Under the pieces are notes generated by a model. It saw only the letters and a list, made by a program, of their open reading frames with translations, was not told the DNA's origin and made no database searches. A stretch of DNA of 64,000 nucleotides from Clostridia bacterium (lineage in GTDB: Bacteria; Bacillota; Clostridia; HGM11514). Of the stretch, positions 1 to 8,610 are shown piece by piece; within the stretch, counting starts at the first letter, position 1; the number at the start of each line of letters is the position of its first letter. Position numbers and translations under genes: made by a program. The stretch is from the NCBI GenBank assembly GCA_045586685.1, contig JAZNAU010000038.1, forward strand, positions 15,904 through 79,903. Reading direction: 5' to 3'.

Positions 1-857
1 CTCTTTCAGGAGGTGTAGATTCCTCTGTCGTGGCGGCACTGTTAATCAAAGCAATTGGAAAACAACTGGTATGTGTTCATGTCAACCACGGTCTGATGCG
101 AAAAGGAGAAAGCGAAGCAGTCATTGAAGTATTCCAAAATCAGTTGGATGCAAACCTCATTTATGTTGATGCAACCGACAGATTTCTTTCTAAACTGGAA
201 GGAATTTCTGATCCGGAACAAAAGCGGAAAATCATTGGCGGAGAATTTATTGTAGTGTTTGATGAAGAAGCCCGCAAATGTACCGATATTGATTTTCTGG
301 CTCAAGGTACTATTTATCCCGATATTTTGGAAAGCGACGGAGTCAAAGCTCATCACAACGTTGGCGGACTTCCGGAAGATATGAAATTCGAACTGGTAGA
401 ACCCATTAAGCTTTTGTATAAAGATGAGGTCAGAGTAGTAGGAAAAGCTCTTGGCTTGCCTGCTTCCATGGTTGACCGTCAACCCTTCCCCGGCCCCGGT
501 CTTGGTGTTCGTTGTCTTGGTGCAATCACCCGTGATCGTCTGGAAGCTCTGAGAGAAGCTGATGCCATTTTAAGAGAGGAATTTGACAAAAGCGGTCTGG
601 GTGCAACTGTATGGCAGTACTTTATTGCTGTGCCCGATGTGAAAAGTGTGGGTGTGAAGGACGACAAACGTTACGAAGGTTGGCCCGCCATTATCCGTGC
701 CGTCAATACAACAGATGCCATGAGTGCCACCATTGAGGAAATCCCCTACAAACTTTTGCATCACATCACCCACCGCATTACCCACGAAGTTCCCGGAATC
801 AATCGTGTTCTCTACGACCTTACTCCCAAGCCTATCGGGACAATTGAGTGGGAATAA
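1..857 (+). CDS. guaA: GMP synthase (glutamine-hydrolysing), C-terminal ATP-pyrophosphatase/dimerisation part; 5' end lies outside the window
   Basis: The frame stays open to base 3 (LSGGVDSSVVAALL, containing the SGGVDSS PP-loop). The C-terminus ...KPIGTIEWE is typical of GuaA. A terminator follows. Confidence 0.93.
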   Translation, partial: LSGGVDSSVVAALLIKAIGKQLVCVHVNHGLMRKGESEAVIEVFQNQLDANLIYVDATDRFLSKLEGISDPEQKRKIIGGEFIVVFDEEARKCTDIDFLAQGTIYPDILESDGVKAHHNVGGLPEDMKFELVEPIKLLYKDEVRVVGKALGLPASMVDRQPFPGPGLGVRCLGAITRDRLEALREADAILREEFDKSGLGATVWQYFIAVPDVKSVGVKDDKRYEGWPAIIRAVNTTDAMSATIEEIPYKLLHHITHRITHEVPGINRVLYDLTPKPIGTIEWE

Positions 858-879
858 GCTTTCGTTATACCATTAAGAC

Positions 880-917
880 AAACCACATCTGAGAAAGCTT
901 CCTTAGATGTGGTTTTT
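880..917 (+). terminator. Intrinsic terminator after guaA
   Basis: AAACCACATCT ... AGATGTGGTTT stem followed by a T-run. Confidence 0.8.
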
Positions 918-939
918 AATAAAAAACTGGAGGAAAAGT

Positions 940-1431
940 ATGAAAAGAGAACATTACATTTCATGGGATGAATATTTTATGGGAGTTGCGTTGCTTGCGG
1001 CAATGCGTTCAAAAGACCCTAACACACAGGTTGGGGCATGCATTGTAGACAACGAAAACCGTATTCTCTCCACCGGATACAACGGTTTCCCAAGCGGTTG
1101 CTCAGATGATGAATTTCCATGGGAACGGGACGGAGAATTTGCTGACACAAAATACCCCTTTGTGGTTCACGCAGAACTCAATGCCATTTTGAATGCACAT
1201 GGAAAAAAGCTGTCAGGAGCAAAAATCTATGTCGCTCTCTTCCCTTGTAACGAATGTGCAAAAGCCATTATTCAATGCGGTATTAAAGAAATTGTTTATC
1301 TGTCGGATAAATATGCTACCACTCCTGGAACTCTTGCATCAAAACGAATGTTACAGGCAGCCGGAATCAAACTGACGCAACTCAAGCCTACTACCAACAC
1401 TCTTACCGTTAATTTTGAATGTGAAAAATAA
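940..1431 (+). CDS. comEB: dCMP deaminase (ComEB-type cytidine/deoxycytidylate deaminase)
   Basis: HAELNAI and PCNECAKAI zinc motifs are present. The GGAGGAAAAGT RBS favours the ATG at 940 over the ORF-track start at 907. Confidence 0.88.
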   Translation: MKREHYISWDEYFMGVALLAAMRSKDPNTQVGACIVDNENRILSTGYNGFPSGCSDDEFPWERDGEFADTKYPFVVHAELNAILNAHGKKLSGAKIYVALFPCNECAKAIIQCGIKEIVYLSDKYATTPGTLASKRMLQAAGIKLTQLKPTTNTLTVNFECEK

Positions 1432-1440
1432 GCTGAAATA

Positions 1441-1476
1441 AAAAAACTCTTGAGCGAACAAGTTCAAGAGTTTTTT
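1441..1476. terminator. Bidirectional terminator between the convergent dCMP deaminase and GT51 genes
   Basis: AAAAAACTCTTGA-loop-TCAAGAGTTTTTT, with A-run and T-run on either side. Confidence 0.8.
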
Positions 1477-2179
1477 ATTTTGTACTGTTTAAAATATCTT
1501 CTGCCTGCATCTGTAATAAATATCCGCAATCAACCATGGCTGCTACTACCTGCTCTTGCCTCTGTTCTGCCAATTCCGGATTGACATCCAAAGAATAAAC
1601 AGAAGGAGCATTAGGAATTCCTGCAAGAAGAGTACATTCATATTCCGTCATTTCCATAGGTGTTTTACCGAAATATCCCATAGATGCATCATAAATATTA
1701 TAATATCCGCTGCCGTAATAGATTCCGTTGACGTATAATTCTAAAATCTCCGACTTGGTGTACCGCTTTTCTATTTTCACCGCCATGAGAATTTCGGCAA
1801 TTTTTCTCTGAGGAGTATCATCTGATGAAAAATAAATATTTTTGGCAAGTTGCTGAGTTAGAGTACTTCCCCCTTCCAACAGTTTTTTCGCCTTAACATC
1901 ATTGACCAAAGCTCTTACAGTTCCTACTACATCAAATCCTTTATGATGATAAAACCGCCTATCCTCCACCGCAACAACCGCTTCCAGATAAATTCCGGGA
2001 ATTCGGTCAATAGGAGTAAAATGCTCCTGAGTATGAATATCCTCTACCGCCTCGTCCAAGGGAAGATATGCTAAGGCTTGTTGATATTGTTGAAAACCTT
2101 GATATGCCCATGTTCCGCCAATCGCAATGATAACAAGAAACGTTAACCAAATCAGTCTTTTCACAAATTTCATATGCAA
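1475..2179 (-). CDS. Monofunctional peptidoglycan glycosyltransferase (GT51), N-terminally membrane-anchored
   Basis: EDRRFYHHKGFD, GGSTLTQQLAKN and KSEILELYVN motifs are present, with an N-terminal TM helix. There is no transpeptidase domain. Confidence 0.88.
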   Translation of the reverse strand: MHMKFVKRLIWLTFLVIIAIGGTWAYQGFQQYQQALAYLPLDEAVEDIHTQEHFTPIDRIPGIYLEAVVAVEDRRFYHHKGFDVVGTVRALVNDVKAKKLLEGGSTLTQQLAKNIYFSSDDTPQRKIAEILMAVKIEKRYTKSEILELYVNGIYYGSGYYNIYDASMGYFGKTPMEMTEYECTLLAGIPNAPSVYSLDVNPELAEQRQEQVVAAMVDCGYLLQMQAEDILNSTK

Positions 2180-2272
2180 GTCCTCCCTTTCTATGTTCTA
2201 TTTTAAAGGTAGCATATTTCGAAAAAAATGTCAAGTCAAATCAGTGATTTGTAAATAAATAGCAATATTTCT

Positions 2273-2304
2273 AAAGGGGGAATCCAATATCAGATTCCCC
2301 CTTT
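2273..2304 (-). terminator. Terminator of the nagB-DUF4838-nagA operon
   Basis: GGGGGAATC / GATTCCCCC stem immediately 3' of the nagA stop. Confidence 0.7.
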
Positions 2305-2315
2305 CACTCAAATTT

Positions 2316-3479
2316 TTATTTTAATTCACCGTTTTCTGCCATCAGATGTCCATTAACAAAAACTGCTTTTACTTGAATATCATCATCAAAAACCACTATG
2401 TCAGCATCATATCCTTTAAGTAAATGTCCCTTGTTGTCCAATCCCATCACTTTCGCAGGATTTTGTGTCATCATCTGAATAGTTTCAGGAAGCGGAATTC
2501 CTGCCCCCTTATGCATGGTTCTTACCAGACGGTCTGTTGTTGCAATACTTCCGGCAAATGCGGAACGGTCAGGCAGTTTTGCCACACCATCCTCTGAAAT
2601 ACAGCGCATTCCGCCTTTTAAGCTTCCTATCACATATTCCCCATCCGGCATTCCGGCTGCACGCATGGAATCTGTCACCATACAAATTTTATCAACGCCT
2701 TTAATTTTATAAATCATTTGCAGTAATTCAATAGGAAGATGACATCCGTCGGCAATGACCTCTACCATCATATCATCTAATAAAAAGGCAGATTCAATCA
2801 CCCCAAGATGACGATACCCTCCAATTCTTACAACGGTAGAGGTAGCGCTGTACAAGTGGGTAATCAGCTTACAACCCTGTTCAAAGCAAGGCAAAATATC
2901 CTCATATAAAGCACCGCTGTGAGCAATGGCACTGACAACACCTTTTTCTGTAAGAAATTTAGCAAACTCTGCACTCCCCTTCAATTCGGGTGCAAAGTCT
3001 ATTCTCTTCACAATTCCAGACTTTAAATATTCTTCTGTTTCCTCTGTATTGATTTCACGGATGTAGTCAGGGTTTTGCGCACCGCAATTTTTAATATCAA
3101 AAAAGGAACCTTCCATATGAGCACCACGGACCGTAGGAAAAGACATCCCATTTTTAATATTTTTCAATGCAGTTTTAGATTCTTCTATCGATGAACAAAC
3201 TGTAGTCGGAAAAATAGAGGTTGTGCCATGGGTCAGATGCATTTTCGCAGCCGTCAAAACATTTTCTTCACCCGCGTCCATGAAGTCTGCTCCCCCACCC
3301 CCATGAGTATGAATATCAATAAAACCGGCAGATACATAGCATCCCTTAGCATCATAAATTTCATCAAAGGGCAGGTCTTGGTCTGTTATCGCCTGAATTT
3401 TTCCATCCTTAACAAATACAGACTGCCCTTCCTTCAATTCATGTTCTACCAGTATGCCGTTTATAATTTTTGTTACCAT
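2316..3479 (-). CDS. nagA: N-acetylglucosamine-6-phosphate deacetylase
   Basis: Amidohydrolase fold with DIHTHGGGG and AHSGA motifs. The start MVTKIING at 3479 has a GAAGGAAA RBS and lies after the upstream stop at 3526; the longer track ORF overlaps the upstream gene. Confidence 0.9.
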   Translation of the reverse strand: MVTKIINGILVEHELKEGQSVFVKDGKIQAITDQDLPFDEIYDAKGCYVSAGFIDIHTHGGGGADFMDAGEENVLTAAKMHLTHGTTSIFPTTVCSSIEESKTALKNIKNGMSFPTVRGAHMEGSFFDIKNCGAQNPDYIREINTEETEEYLKSGIVKRIDFAPELKGSAEFAKFLTEKGVVSAIAHSGALYEDILPCFEQGCKLITHLYSATSTVVRIGGYRHLGVIESAFLLDDMMVEVIADGCHLPIELLQMIYKIKGVDKICMVTDSMRAAGMPDGEYVIGSLKGGMRCISEDGVAKLPDRSAFAGSIATTDRLVRTMHKGAGIPLPETIQMMTQNPAKVMGLDNKGHLLKGYDADIVVFDDDIQVKAVFVNGHLMAENGELK

Positions 3480-3525
3480 ACTATTTCCTTCTTTTTCAAA
3501 AATATTTAAATCATTTACTAATTTT

Positions 3526-5529
3526 TCAGTTGATTCTTCCTGCAAGACATCTATAATATACGTCCTTCAGTCCTGATCTTTCCAGAGCATCCACTACATT
3601 CAGTTCCGGTAAGGGATGAGCAAACTTGACACTATAACTATAGTGAGTCATTTTGGTTGCAAGGTTTTTTATAGAATCCCATAATTGTTCCGTCTCATTT
3701 TCTTGCTCTAAGGCTTCATAATATTCAACAAACAGAGTGGTCAGCAAATAGACATCAATGCTGTAATGTAAACCTCTGATATCGGTGCTGATTCTGTTGC
3801 TTAAAAAGTTTTTCTTTTGTTTAAAGCGATTATCAGTTGGATTTAACGGGATCCCGCATACAAATTCTCCCTTTTGGGCATATAGCAAATCTGCTTTGGG
3901 CTGAATTTCCTCCATCAACGCCTGAGCTTGTTTCAATAATTCAACAGATTTGTGACCATATGCAACTGCGTTATTGCCCAGATGGTCATCACGGTATAAA
4001 GGCTCAGTTGTTGTAACGCCGTCCCAATTCAAAAGATTGGAAAGGACGCTTCCGCCACACCATGCACGCCAACTGGAGCAATGCTTGGAGGCTTCTTCCA
4101 CCAAACTGTATGCTTTCCTTGCGGTATCTGCAAAAGGACCATATAAATCGATGAAATATTTTTCCAACAGTTTGGAAACATCCTCGTTTTTATCCCAACT
4201 AAGTTTTGCAAATAAGTACTGGGTCTGGGTTCTCATTCCCCATTCCAACATAGGAAGATGCATATAGGTCATTCCTGTAATTCCGATTTGAGCGTAATAT
4301 TTTAAATCTTTCTCAATTTTATCCGCAAACAGCAGGGACAAATCTTCAAATTTGGAAACGTTATAATACTCCAAAATCATCATAGGCATATCCTGCCATG
4401 CCGTCATTACTTTATCATAATAACTGTTATAGCAACATTCCTCTGAATGCATTTCATGCTCATAACATCTTAAAATGGGAGCAAATGCCACATAATCGCC
4501 GGAGGTCTTTAAGTTTTCCGGAACCTTCTTTTCCGGAGGCAATAATGAAGTGGTGCCTTCATAAGAGCAAAACACCATACGAACCGGGTATTTTAACACT
4601 CCTTTTTCGGTTTCTTCATCAATTCTGGTTCTTAAATAAGAAAAGAAATTCAAGGTCTGGTCAGTGCCGTTTCCTAATGCTTTGCATTTTTCACACTGAC
4701 AAGTGCCACCCCAGGTATCAAACCCCCAGATGTCCAGCCGGTCTGCCTCAGCCCAAATTGTTTGCATGCGTTCAAGTAAGTGCTGAAATAAATATTCCAT
4801 CAAATCTGTATTACTCATACAAAACTGAACGTGCAATGCATTATCCGTGGTAATTTCATCTTCCCGTTGTCCATACCAATCGGGATGTGCTTCCAACATG
4901 GTTTGCCCTGTTTCCGTTGCTTTGTCGGGGTCTAAAATCTTTTCAAAAATATGACCTCCCGCCTTAAATTCCATTCCTAATTTTCTTTGGAATTTCCATG
5001 TATTGGCACGATATGCTGCCATATTCATCTTATTTCTTGCCATCCACAAAAACAACTGAGCAGAATCCTTTAAAGGCCCTTCGAACTCAAAGCCACGACC
5101 CAAATACATGGTGGGCTCGTAATGCTTACATTCAGGAATCTGTAATGCTTCAACCTTTTCCGGAACATATTCATCCCAAGGGGAATACCAACGAATCCCC
5201 TGTGCCTCTAACAACTCATAAACACCGTAAAGAAGACCTTTTCTGCCATCACCGGAAATAGTCACCTGTTTTCCATCCTCATGGATGGAAAAGCCTTGTC
5301 CGTCACCTACAACAGCTTTCAACAGAATGCTTTCTTCTCCCGGTTCATCTGTTACCTTTGCTTCCAGTCCAATACGGTTCAGATAGGTCACCAATTCCTC
5401 TGCTGCAAAACATACGGTACATCTTGTAGCACGATCCAAATCCGCTCTGAAATCAATAGTATCTTCCTCGTGTGCCCAAAGACGGTAATAATTGGCTCCT
5501 TCTTTGTAGGGCAAAACAATGTGAATCAT
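3526..5529 (-). CDS. DUF4838-like putative glycoside hydrolase, cytoplasmic, 667 aa
   Basis: N-terminal AAEELVTYLNRIG and GLLYGVYELLEAQGIRW signatures resemble the GH20b/GH67N-like module of DUF4838 proteins. It carries Cys clusters CQCEKC and C-x-HEMH-x3-CC, and has no signal peptide. A GGAGGA RBS sits directly after the nagB stop. Confidence 0.6.
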   Translation of the reverse strand: MIHIVLPYKEGANYYRLWAHEEDTIDFRADLDRATRCTVCFAAEELVTYLNRIGLEAKVTDEPGEESILLKAVVGDGQGFSIHEDGKQVTISGDGRKGLLYGVYELLEAQGIRWYSPWDEYVPEKVEALQIPECKHYEPTMYLGRGFEFEGPLKDSAQLFLWMARNKMNMAAYRANTWKFQRKLGMEFKAGGHIFEKILDPDKATETGQTMLEAHPDWYGQREDEITTDNALHVQFCMSNTDLMEYLFQHLLERMQTIWAEADRLDIWGFDTWGGTCQCEKCKALGNGTDQTLNFFSYLRTRIDEETEKGVLKYPVRMVFCSYEGTTSLLPPEKKVPENLKTSGDYVAFAPILRCYEHEMHSEECCYNSYYDKVMTAWQDMPMMILEYYNVSKFEDLSLLFADKIEKDLKYYAQIGITGMTYMHLPMLEWGMRTQTQYLFAKLSWDKNEDVSKLLEKYFIDLYGPFADTARKAYSLVEEASKHCSSWRAWCGGSVLSNLLNWDGVTTTEPLYRDDHLGNNAVAYGHKSVELLKQAQALMEEIQPKADLLYAQKGEFVCGIPLNPTDNRFKQKKNFLSNRISTDIRGLHYSIDVYLLTTLFVEYYEALEQENETEQLWDSIKNLATKMTHYSYSVKFAHPLPELNVVDALERSGLKDVYYRCLAGRIN

Positions 5530-5538
5530 AACTTCCTC

Positions 5539-6285
5539 CTACAGCAAATCTGCTCCGCTGTCGCTATCGCAATACATGGTTACGCTTTTATGGCGACGCA
5601 TGATGGTAGCAGGACAATTTTCACTGATTTCTTCATGCACTGTTCTGGTAACCGCTTCTCTCTTGGTTGCCGCAGGAACAACACAGAACAGATGGTCTGC
5701 CTTAATCAATGCAGGAATGGTCAGAGAATAAGCATACTGAGGTACATCATCAAAGGTCGGGAAGCATCCGTCATTTACTTGTTGCTGACGGCATACATCA
5801 TCCAGCGTTACCTTCTTTAAAAGCTTGGTATCATTAAAATCTGCTTCCCCCGGGTCATTAAATGCAATGTGACCGTTTTCGCCAATTCCTAAGCATACAA
5901 TATCCGTAGGATACTGACGGAGAAGCTCTTCGTATTTATCCTGATGCTCAGAAATATAATATACATGACGGAAGGGAACCAAATCAAAAATGTGTTCCTT
6001 CAAAAAATGCTTAAAGGTCTGAGGAGCATCACTGTCCAGACCTACATATTCATCCATATGAAACGCATTGACTCTTGACCAGTCAATGTTTTGCTTAGAA
6101 AGTTCTGCAAGCATTTCGTTTTGTGAAGGAGCTGCTGCAAATACAACATTGATGTACTCCTTGGTTTCCAAAAGTTTATTCATGCAAGCCGCAGCATCCA
6201 ATGCGGCAGCTTTTCCCATTTCTGCCCTTGTATCAAAAACAGAAACATTTAATTCATCCTTTTTAAATTGTTTGATAAGACCCAT
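5539..6285 (-). CDS. nagB: Glucosamine-6-phosphate deaminase
   Basis: NagB/6-phosphogluconolactonase fold: VVFAAAPSQ, GIGENGHIAFNDPG. Confidence 0.92.
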   Translation of the reverse strand: MGLIKQFKKDELNVSVFDTRAEMGKAAALDAAACMNKLLETKEYINVVFAAAPSQNEMLAELSKQNIDWSRVNAFHMDEYVGLDSDAPQTFKHFLKEHIFDLVPFRHVYYISEHQDKYEELLRQYPTDIVCLGIGENGHIAFNDPGEADFNDTKLLKKVTLDDVCRQQQVNDGCFPTFDDVPQYAYSLTIPALIKADHLFCVVPAATKREAVTRTVHEEISENCPATIMRRHKSVTMYCDSDSGADLL

Positions 6286-6406
6286 GAGATCTCTCCCTTT
6301 CTAATAATATTTTTAAAATTTTGATTGATTTCTTTCGCTTGTTCGGAATAAAGGAAAATATTTTTCATCTTTCCTATCAGTCTTCCGTTCCCAAATCAAT
6401 CCAATC
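6286..6406 (-). promoter_or_regulatory. Structured ~120 nt 5' leader of the nagB operon (three nested helices)
   Basis: Pairings are 6393-6401:6323-6331 (9 bp), 6383-6387:6344-6348 (5 bp) and 6370-6375:6352-6357 (6 bp), followed by an A/U-rich tract. Confidence 0.4.
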
Positions 6407-6412
6407 ATTATA

Positions 6413-6441
6413 ATTATACCTAATTTTTGTCACTTTGTAAA
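6413..6441 (-). promoter_or_regulatory. Sigma-A type promoter of the nagB operon
   Basis: TTTACA-17 nt-TATAAT on the minus strand. Confidence 0.7.
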
Positions 6442-6528
6442 GTGGTTTTTTTAAAGATTCCAAGTTTTTTCTCATATTATTTCAAATTTTGCAATTTGTA
6501 CATCGAAATCCCTTTCACATCAAATTAA

Positions 6529-6555
6529 CCCCTCATTTCGCTACGAAATGAGGGG
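6529..6555 (-). terminator. Terminator of the 604-aa SLH gene
   Basis: Perfect 12-bp stem CCCCTCATTTCG / CGAAATGAGGGG. Confidence 0.8.
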
Positions 6556-6563
6556 TCCGATTT

Positions 6564-8378
6564 TTAATTAACCAGAATAATGATAGTGGATGCTTCGAAA
6601 GTGCCGTCCGCTTGTTTGACACCGCTGACTAACACCGATTCGCCTGGCAAAATCTTATCTAACGCTCTTGTGTTGTTATCATTTTTATTATCAATGATTT
6701 TAGTTCCGTTACTCTTCTTTGTAAATACTTGAATCCGTTCTGTTGTACCGGAACCGCTGGTATCAGTTGCATATACATAGAGGAAGCCGTAACTGGAATT
6801 TACAGAATCAATCACTCCCATCAAAGTATTTGTAGCTTGAACCACCTTTGAGGTAATCTTGATGATTGTGTCACTTTCCAAGGTAATATCAACAGCATAA
6901 CCCAATCTTAAATCATAAATATCTCCCGTTTCCCCATCAACTGTAATTTCCGTCGCATTGTTCAATGCATATGTAGAGGAAGTTTTTCCGTTATTCACGG
7001 TAATGGAAGGTGTTGCAGAAATAATGATTTCTTCAATGGTTCCGCTGGTGTTTTTCTTCGTACTTGTTGCAATCACAGAGGAAACCTTATTATTGTCCAG
7101 AGTCAGTGTCAGATTATCCCCAACCAGCAAATCTTTTAATTCAACAAGCTTGGAGTTTTTCTTAACGGTTACTTTATTTGCTACCAAATAGGTTCTTTTT
7201 ACACCGGAGGATGTTTCAGTAATAATTCCCAGTTCCGGTTCGTATACAATTCCCGCAAACTCAACAGAAGTAACCTTGTTTGTCCGCTGAGCGATTTCTA
7301 TTTTGGCGATTTCGTCATTCTTCAGGTAAATTGTAACATTATCTCCTAATGTCAAATCACTGAAGGAAACAGCTTTATTATTATAGTGAATTTTACATCC
7401 GGATGCCAAGGTAAACACAGTTCCCGTTGCAGAATCACTGGTGACAAGGGTTACTTCATTAGGAGTCCCAGTCTTTTTGGAGGTTACATATCCCTCTTGT
7501 ACGCTATCTGCATCCAGAGAAATCACATCTACATAACGCAAAGAACCGTTATAATATTTCAAAACAACTGACTCACCGGATATTGCATTTGTAATAGATT
7601 TCTTCTGACCGTTAATACGAACTTCTGCAGCTGCAGGAATTTCATATGCCTTTGCAGCGCCGGAGGTTTTTACGGAAATCGAAGAATTAGAAACTGTTAC
7701 TACCTCTCCTGCTACATACGTAATGTTCAGGTCTTTAATGACACGATACAACATGGTTGCCATCTGAGCACGGTTCACTTCCACATTTGCACCAAAGCTT
7801 GTATCGCTCATTCCCACCATATACCCTTGATTCACTACATAGGATACATAATTCTTTGCATCATTGGGAATTTCATTTGCATCATCAAAAGACAAAGCTC
7901 CTGCTCCCAAGTTTTTTTCAGCACCGGCCGTTTTGGTTAAAAATACAGCTGCTTCATATCTTTTCAGACCCTTGTTAATCTTAGAAGAAGCAAGATAAGT
8001 CTGTAATTCGCTCTTTGTGAAGATACCATAATACATCAGCAATGCAATTTCAGACTGATTATTCAGGTTATAGGACTCTAAAAAATCACTATACAGTTCA
8101 TTTGCCTTTTGAACAACATCCTGATTTGCAGATTCATAAAATCCGACAATACGTGACATGAACAACATCGCCTGTAACGTAGTCACTCCATCTGCAGGTC
8201 CAAATTCGGTTTCGCTGTATCCGGCAATTAAACCTTGCTCTGTCATAGAGTCAATCGCATCTCTTGCCCAATCCCAACGAGAATCGTTCAGGTCAGCAAA
8301 GGAAGAGGCAGATACCGTCATTCCCAACATCGATACTGTCAGTATTGCAATTAACAGTAATGAAATAATTTTTTTCAT
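6564..8378 (-). CDS. SLH-domain cell-surface protein with five ~70-aa beta-rich repeats
   Basis: Signal peptide (MKKIISLLLIAILTVSMLGMTVSASS). Three SLH repeats (FADLNDSRWDWARDAIDSMTEQGLIAGY...; FDDANEIPNDAKNYVSYVVNQGYMVG). Repeated modules run from aa ~223 to the end. Confidence 0.85.
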   Translation of the reverse strand: MKKIISLLLIAILTVSMLGMTVSASSFADLNDSRWDWARDAIDSMTEQGLIAGYSETEFGPADGVTTLQAMLFMSRIVGFYESANQDVVQKANELYSDFLESYNLNNQSEIALLMYYGIFTKSELQTYLASSKINKGLKRYEAAVFLTKTAGAEKNLGAGALSFDDANEIPNDAKNYVSYVVNQGYMVGMSDTSFGANVEVNRAQMATMLYRVIKDLNITYVAGEVVTVSNSSISVKTSGAAKAYEIPAAAEVRINGQKKSITNAISGESVVLKYYNGSLRYVDVISLDADSVQEGYVTSKKTGTPNEVTLVTSDSATGTVFTLASGCKIHYNNKAVSFSDLTLGDNVTIYLKNDEIAKIEIAQRTNKVTSVEFAGIVYEPELGIITETSSGVKRTYLVANKVTVKKNSKLVELKDLLVGDNLTLTLDNNKVSSVIATSTKKNTSGTIEEIIISATPSITVNNGKTSSTYALNNATEITVDGETGDIYDLRLGYAVDITLESDTIIKITSKVVQATNTLMGVIDSVNSSYGFLYVYATDTSGSGTTERIQVFTKKSNGTKIIDNKNDNNTRALDKILPGESVLVSGVKQADGTFEASTIIILVN

Positions 8379-8400
8379 GTAACTTCACTCCTTATTTTAT

Positions 8401-8521
8401 ATTTGTTGCCATTTTTAAACAAATTTCTGTAAAAAAAGCAAGCTTATATTATAATAATGACATAAAACAAGTTATAAGTAAAGTGCTTTTTCTATTTTTA
8501 AACAAATCTTAACACATTTGT
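8401..8521. repeat. Repeated ATTTGT/ACAAAT half-sites and a 16-nt direct repeat in the divergent SLH control region
   Basis: ATTTTTAAACAAAT(T/C)T occurs at 8411-8426 and 8494-8509. Inverted pairs are ATTTGTT(8401)/AACAAAT(8418) and ACAAAT(8502)/ATTTGT(8516). Confidence 0.5.
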
Positions 8522-8576
8522 AATCACTTTCTCAAATTTTCTTGTTTTTTCCTGACAATTTTCCAGAAATTGTGCC

Positions 8577-8605
8577 TTGATTTTCTGTATGAAATGCCTT
8601 AGAAT
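8577..8605 (+). promoter_or_regulatory. Promoter of the 865-aa SLH/S-layer gene
   Basis: TTGATT-17 nt-TAGAAT, preceded by the 7-bp inverted repeat ACAATTT-N5-AAATTGT (8556-8574). Confidence 0.6.
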
Positions 8606-8610
8606 AGAGT

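Noticed and set aside
5281-5820. 179-aa plus-strand ORF spanning the nagB/DUF4838 junction.
   Set aside because: It overlaps two tightly coupled minus-strand genes and has no RBS. Its composition (Phe/Cys/Ile-rich) is typical of antisense frames.
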